This document shows, piece after piece, positions 62,185 to 64,000 of a stretch of 64,000 nt of DNA. The position numbers and the translations under genes were made by a program. Source of the stretch: Chiloscyllium plagiosum (Eukaryota); NCBI RefSeq assembly GCF_004010195.1, contig NC_057758.1:399598-463597 (forward strand), written 5' to 3'. Below the pieces are notes generated by a model, which saw only the letters and a list, made by a program, of their open reading frames with translations, ran no database searches and had not been told where the DNA came from. Each line of letters starts with the position of its first letter. The first letter of the stretch is position 1.

Positions 62185-63930
62185 TAAAACATAAAACTGC
62201 GGCGCAGAAAAGGGTCTTTCGCCCATGATGTAGTATCGAACATGAAACCAAATTGAACTAATCACCTCTCCCTGCCCTTTGTGTACACACATCAATTTCA
62301 TGCATATTCATGTGCTTATCTAAAAGTCTCTTAAATGTCCCCCTCTTATCCACCTCCACCATCACTCTTGATAGGGAGTTCCACACGCCTGCCACTCTCT
62401 GTCCAAACCTTGCCCCTCTTATCTCTGTCGAACTTTTCCTCTCTCGCATGAAATGCACACCCTCGAGTTTCAGACATTACAACTTCGAACAAATGTATTG
62501 AAAGTGAACCCTATCTATGTATCTGATCATTTTAATAGATTTCTATAAAGATGCCCGTCAGCATCCGCCGCTCCGGAGAAAATAACGCAGCTTTTTGTTT
62601 AAACTCTAGTCTGTCTTTTAATTGAATACCCTCAAATTCAGGCAGTATTCTGGTAACCACTTCTGCGCACACTCCAAAGCTCCCACATTCTTCCTGTAAT
62701 GTTGTGACCAGAACTAATCACAATGTTCGAAGTATTACAGAACCGGAGTGTTCTAAAGGTGCAAGATAACATTATGATTCTTTTACTCAGTTCAAGCACC
62801 AATAAAAGCAAGCGTGAAATATGCTTTCTTTACCACTCTATCTAAGTGAGTGACGACTTTTAGGAAAATGTGGACCTGAACCCCAACATCCCTCTGGATA
62901 TCAATTTTTGTTCAGCATCCAACCATTTCCCGTACACTTTTCCTCAAATTTGATCTCTCAAAGTGCAACACCCCACAGTTAGACGGATTAGCCTCCATCT
63001 GCCATTTCTCCACCCATACCTGGAACTCATAAACATCCCGCTGTATCCTTCCACAACGTTCCACACTACCCTCAATTCCACCAAACTTCGTATCGTCTGT
63101 GAACTTACTAACACATCAATTTACATTTTCCTCCAAGTAATTTATGTATCACAAACAGCAAAGGCCGTAGTAGGGGCGTCTGCAGAACACCACGAGTCAT
63201 AGACCTTCAGTCTGAAAAAAGCCCTTCCACTTCTACCCTCTGCCCTCTCTGGGCAAGCCAATTCTGAATCCACGAGGCAGATTCATCGTGAATCCCATGC
63301 ATCTCATTCTTCTGGATGACCCTATCACGAAGGACATTGTTTTTCGAAATCAATGTAGACACCATCCAGTGAACTATCCTCATTGATCACGTTCATCACT
63401 TCCTTGAAACTGTGAAACAATTTAGTGAGGCATGACCTACACCAGACAAGGCCGGGCTTACTGTTTCTAATTATGTGATGCTATTCTAACTACATGCAAA
63501 TCATATTCCTAAGAATTCTCTCCAATAGCTTCCCAACCACTAATGTGAGACTCATAAGTCTAAAGTTACTAGATTATCGCTATTGCCCTTCGTGAATAGC
63601 GGAAAAACTTTACCTACTCACGAGTTATCCAGGTGTCTTCCAATAGCGAATGTGGATACAAAGATCTTGGCAAAGTCCACAACAATCTCTGCTCTGCCTT
63701 TCTCAATAACATTGGTTAGATACTATCAGACCCTGGTGACTTATCCACCTTAATGTTCTTCATAAGACACAATACCACTTCTTTCGAGCATATTATCATG
63801 CTCCAAACAACTCTCAGCATTCTCCATATTCATCTCCTCGGTGTATGCAAATTACTCATTTTGGGTCTTATCCATATCCTTTACTTCCAAGATCAAATTA
63901 TCTCGTTTACCCTTTAGTGATCCTTGCAAT
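62185..63930 (-). mobile_element. Old CR1 ORF2 3' half
   Basis: FGQRVAGVWNSL..FKRLLDKHM; degraded RT. Confidence 0.8.
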
Positions 63931-64000
63931 CACCCTCGCGATTCTCTTGTTGTCCAAGTTTATGCATTAAAAAACAAAGTGGGGTTGCAAATGTATTTTG

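Overview
Eukaryotic, repeat-dense vertebrate DNA, very probably from a shark or other elasmobranch: it carries HE1-type tRNA-derived SINEs and HER1/CR1-type LINEs with (GTTCTAT)n tails. Most of the window is nested retroelement debris: CR1 LINEs, SINEs, Penelope-like elements (PLEs), Gmr1-type Gypsy LTR elements and one deleted class-I-like endogenous retrovirus. The host content is a tandem cluster of two-exon GPR139/GPR142-like class A GPCR genes. One looks intact (minus strand, join 59366..59297 + 54761..53845, 328 aa; the ORF track misses exon 1). Three are pseudogenes in two subfamilies, sitting in recognisable duplicated blocks. Several short PLE-derived insertions have long TSDs and inverted arms; one carries three minimal type I hammerhead ribozyme motifs. 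There is one assembly gap (33393-33993). All calls are from reading the sequence by eye; repeat boundaries without a TSD are approximate.
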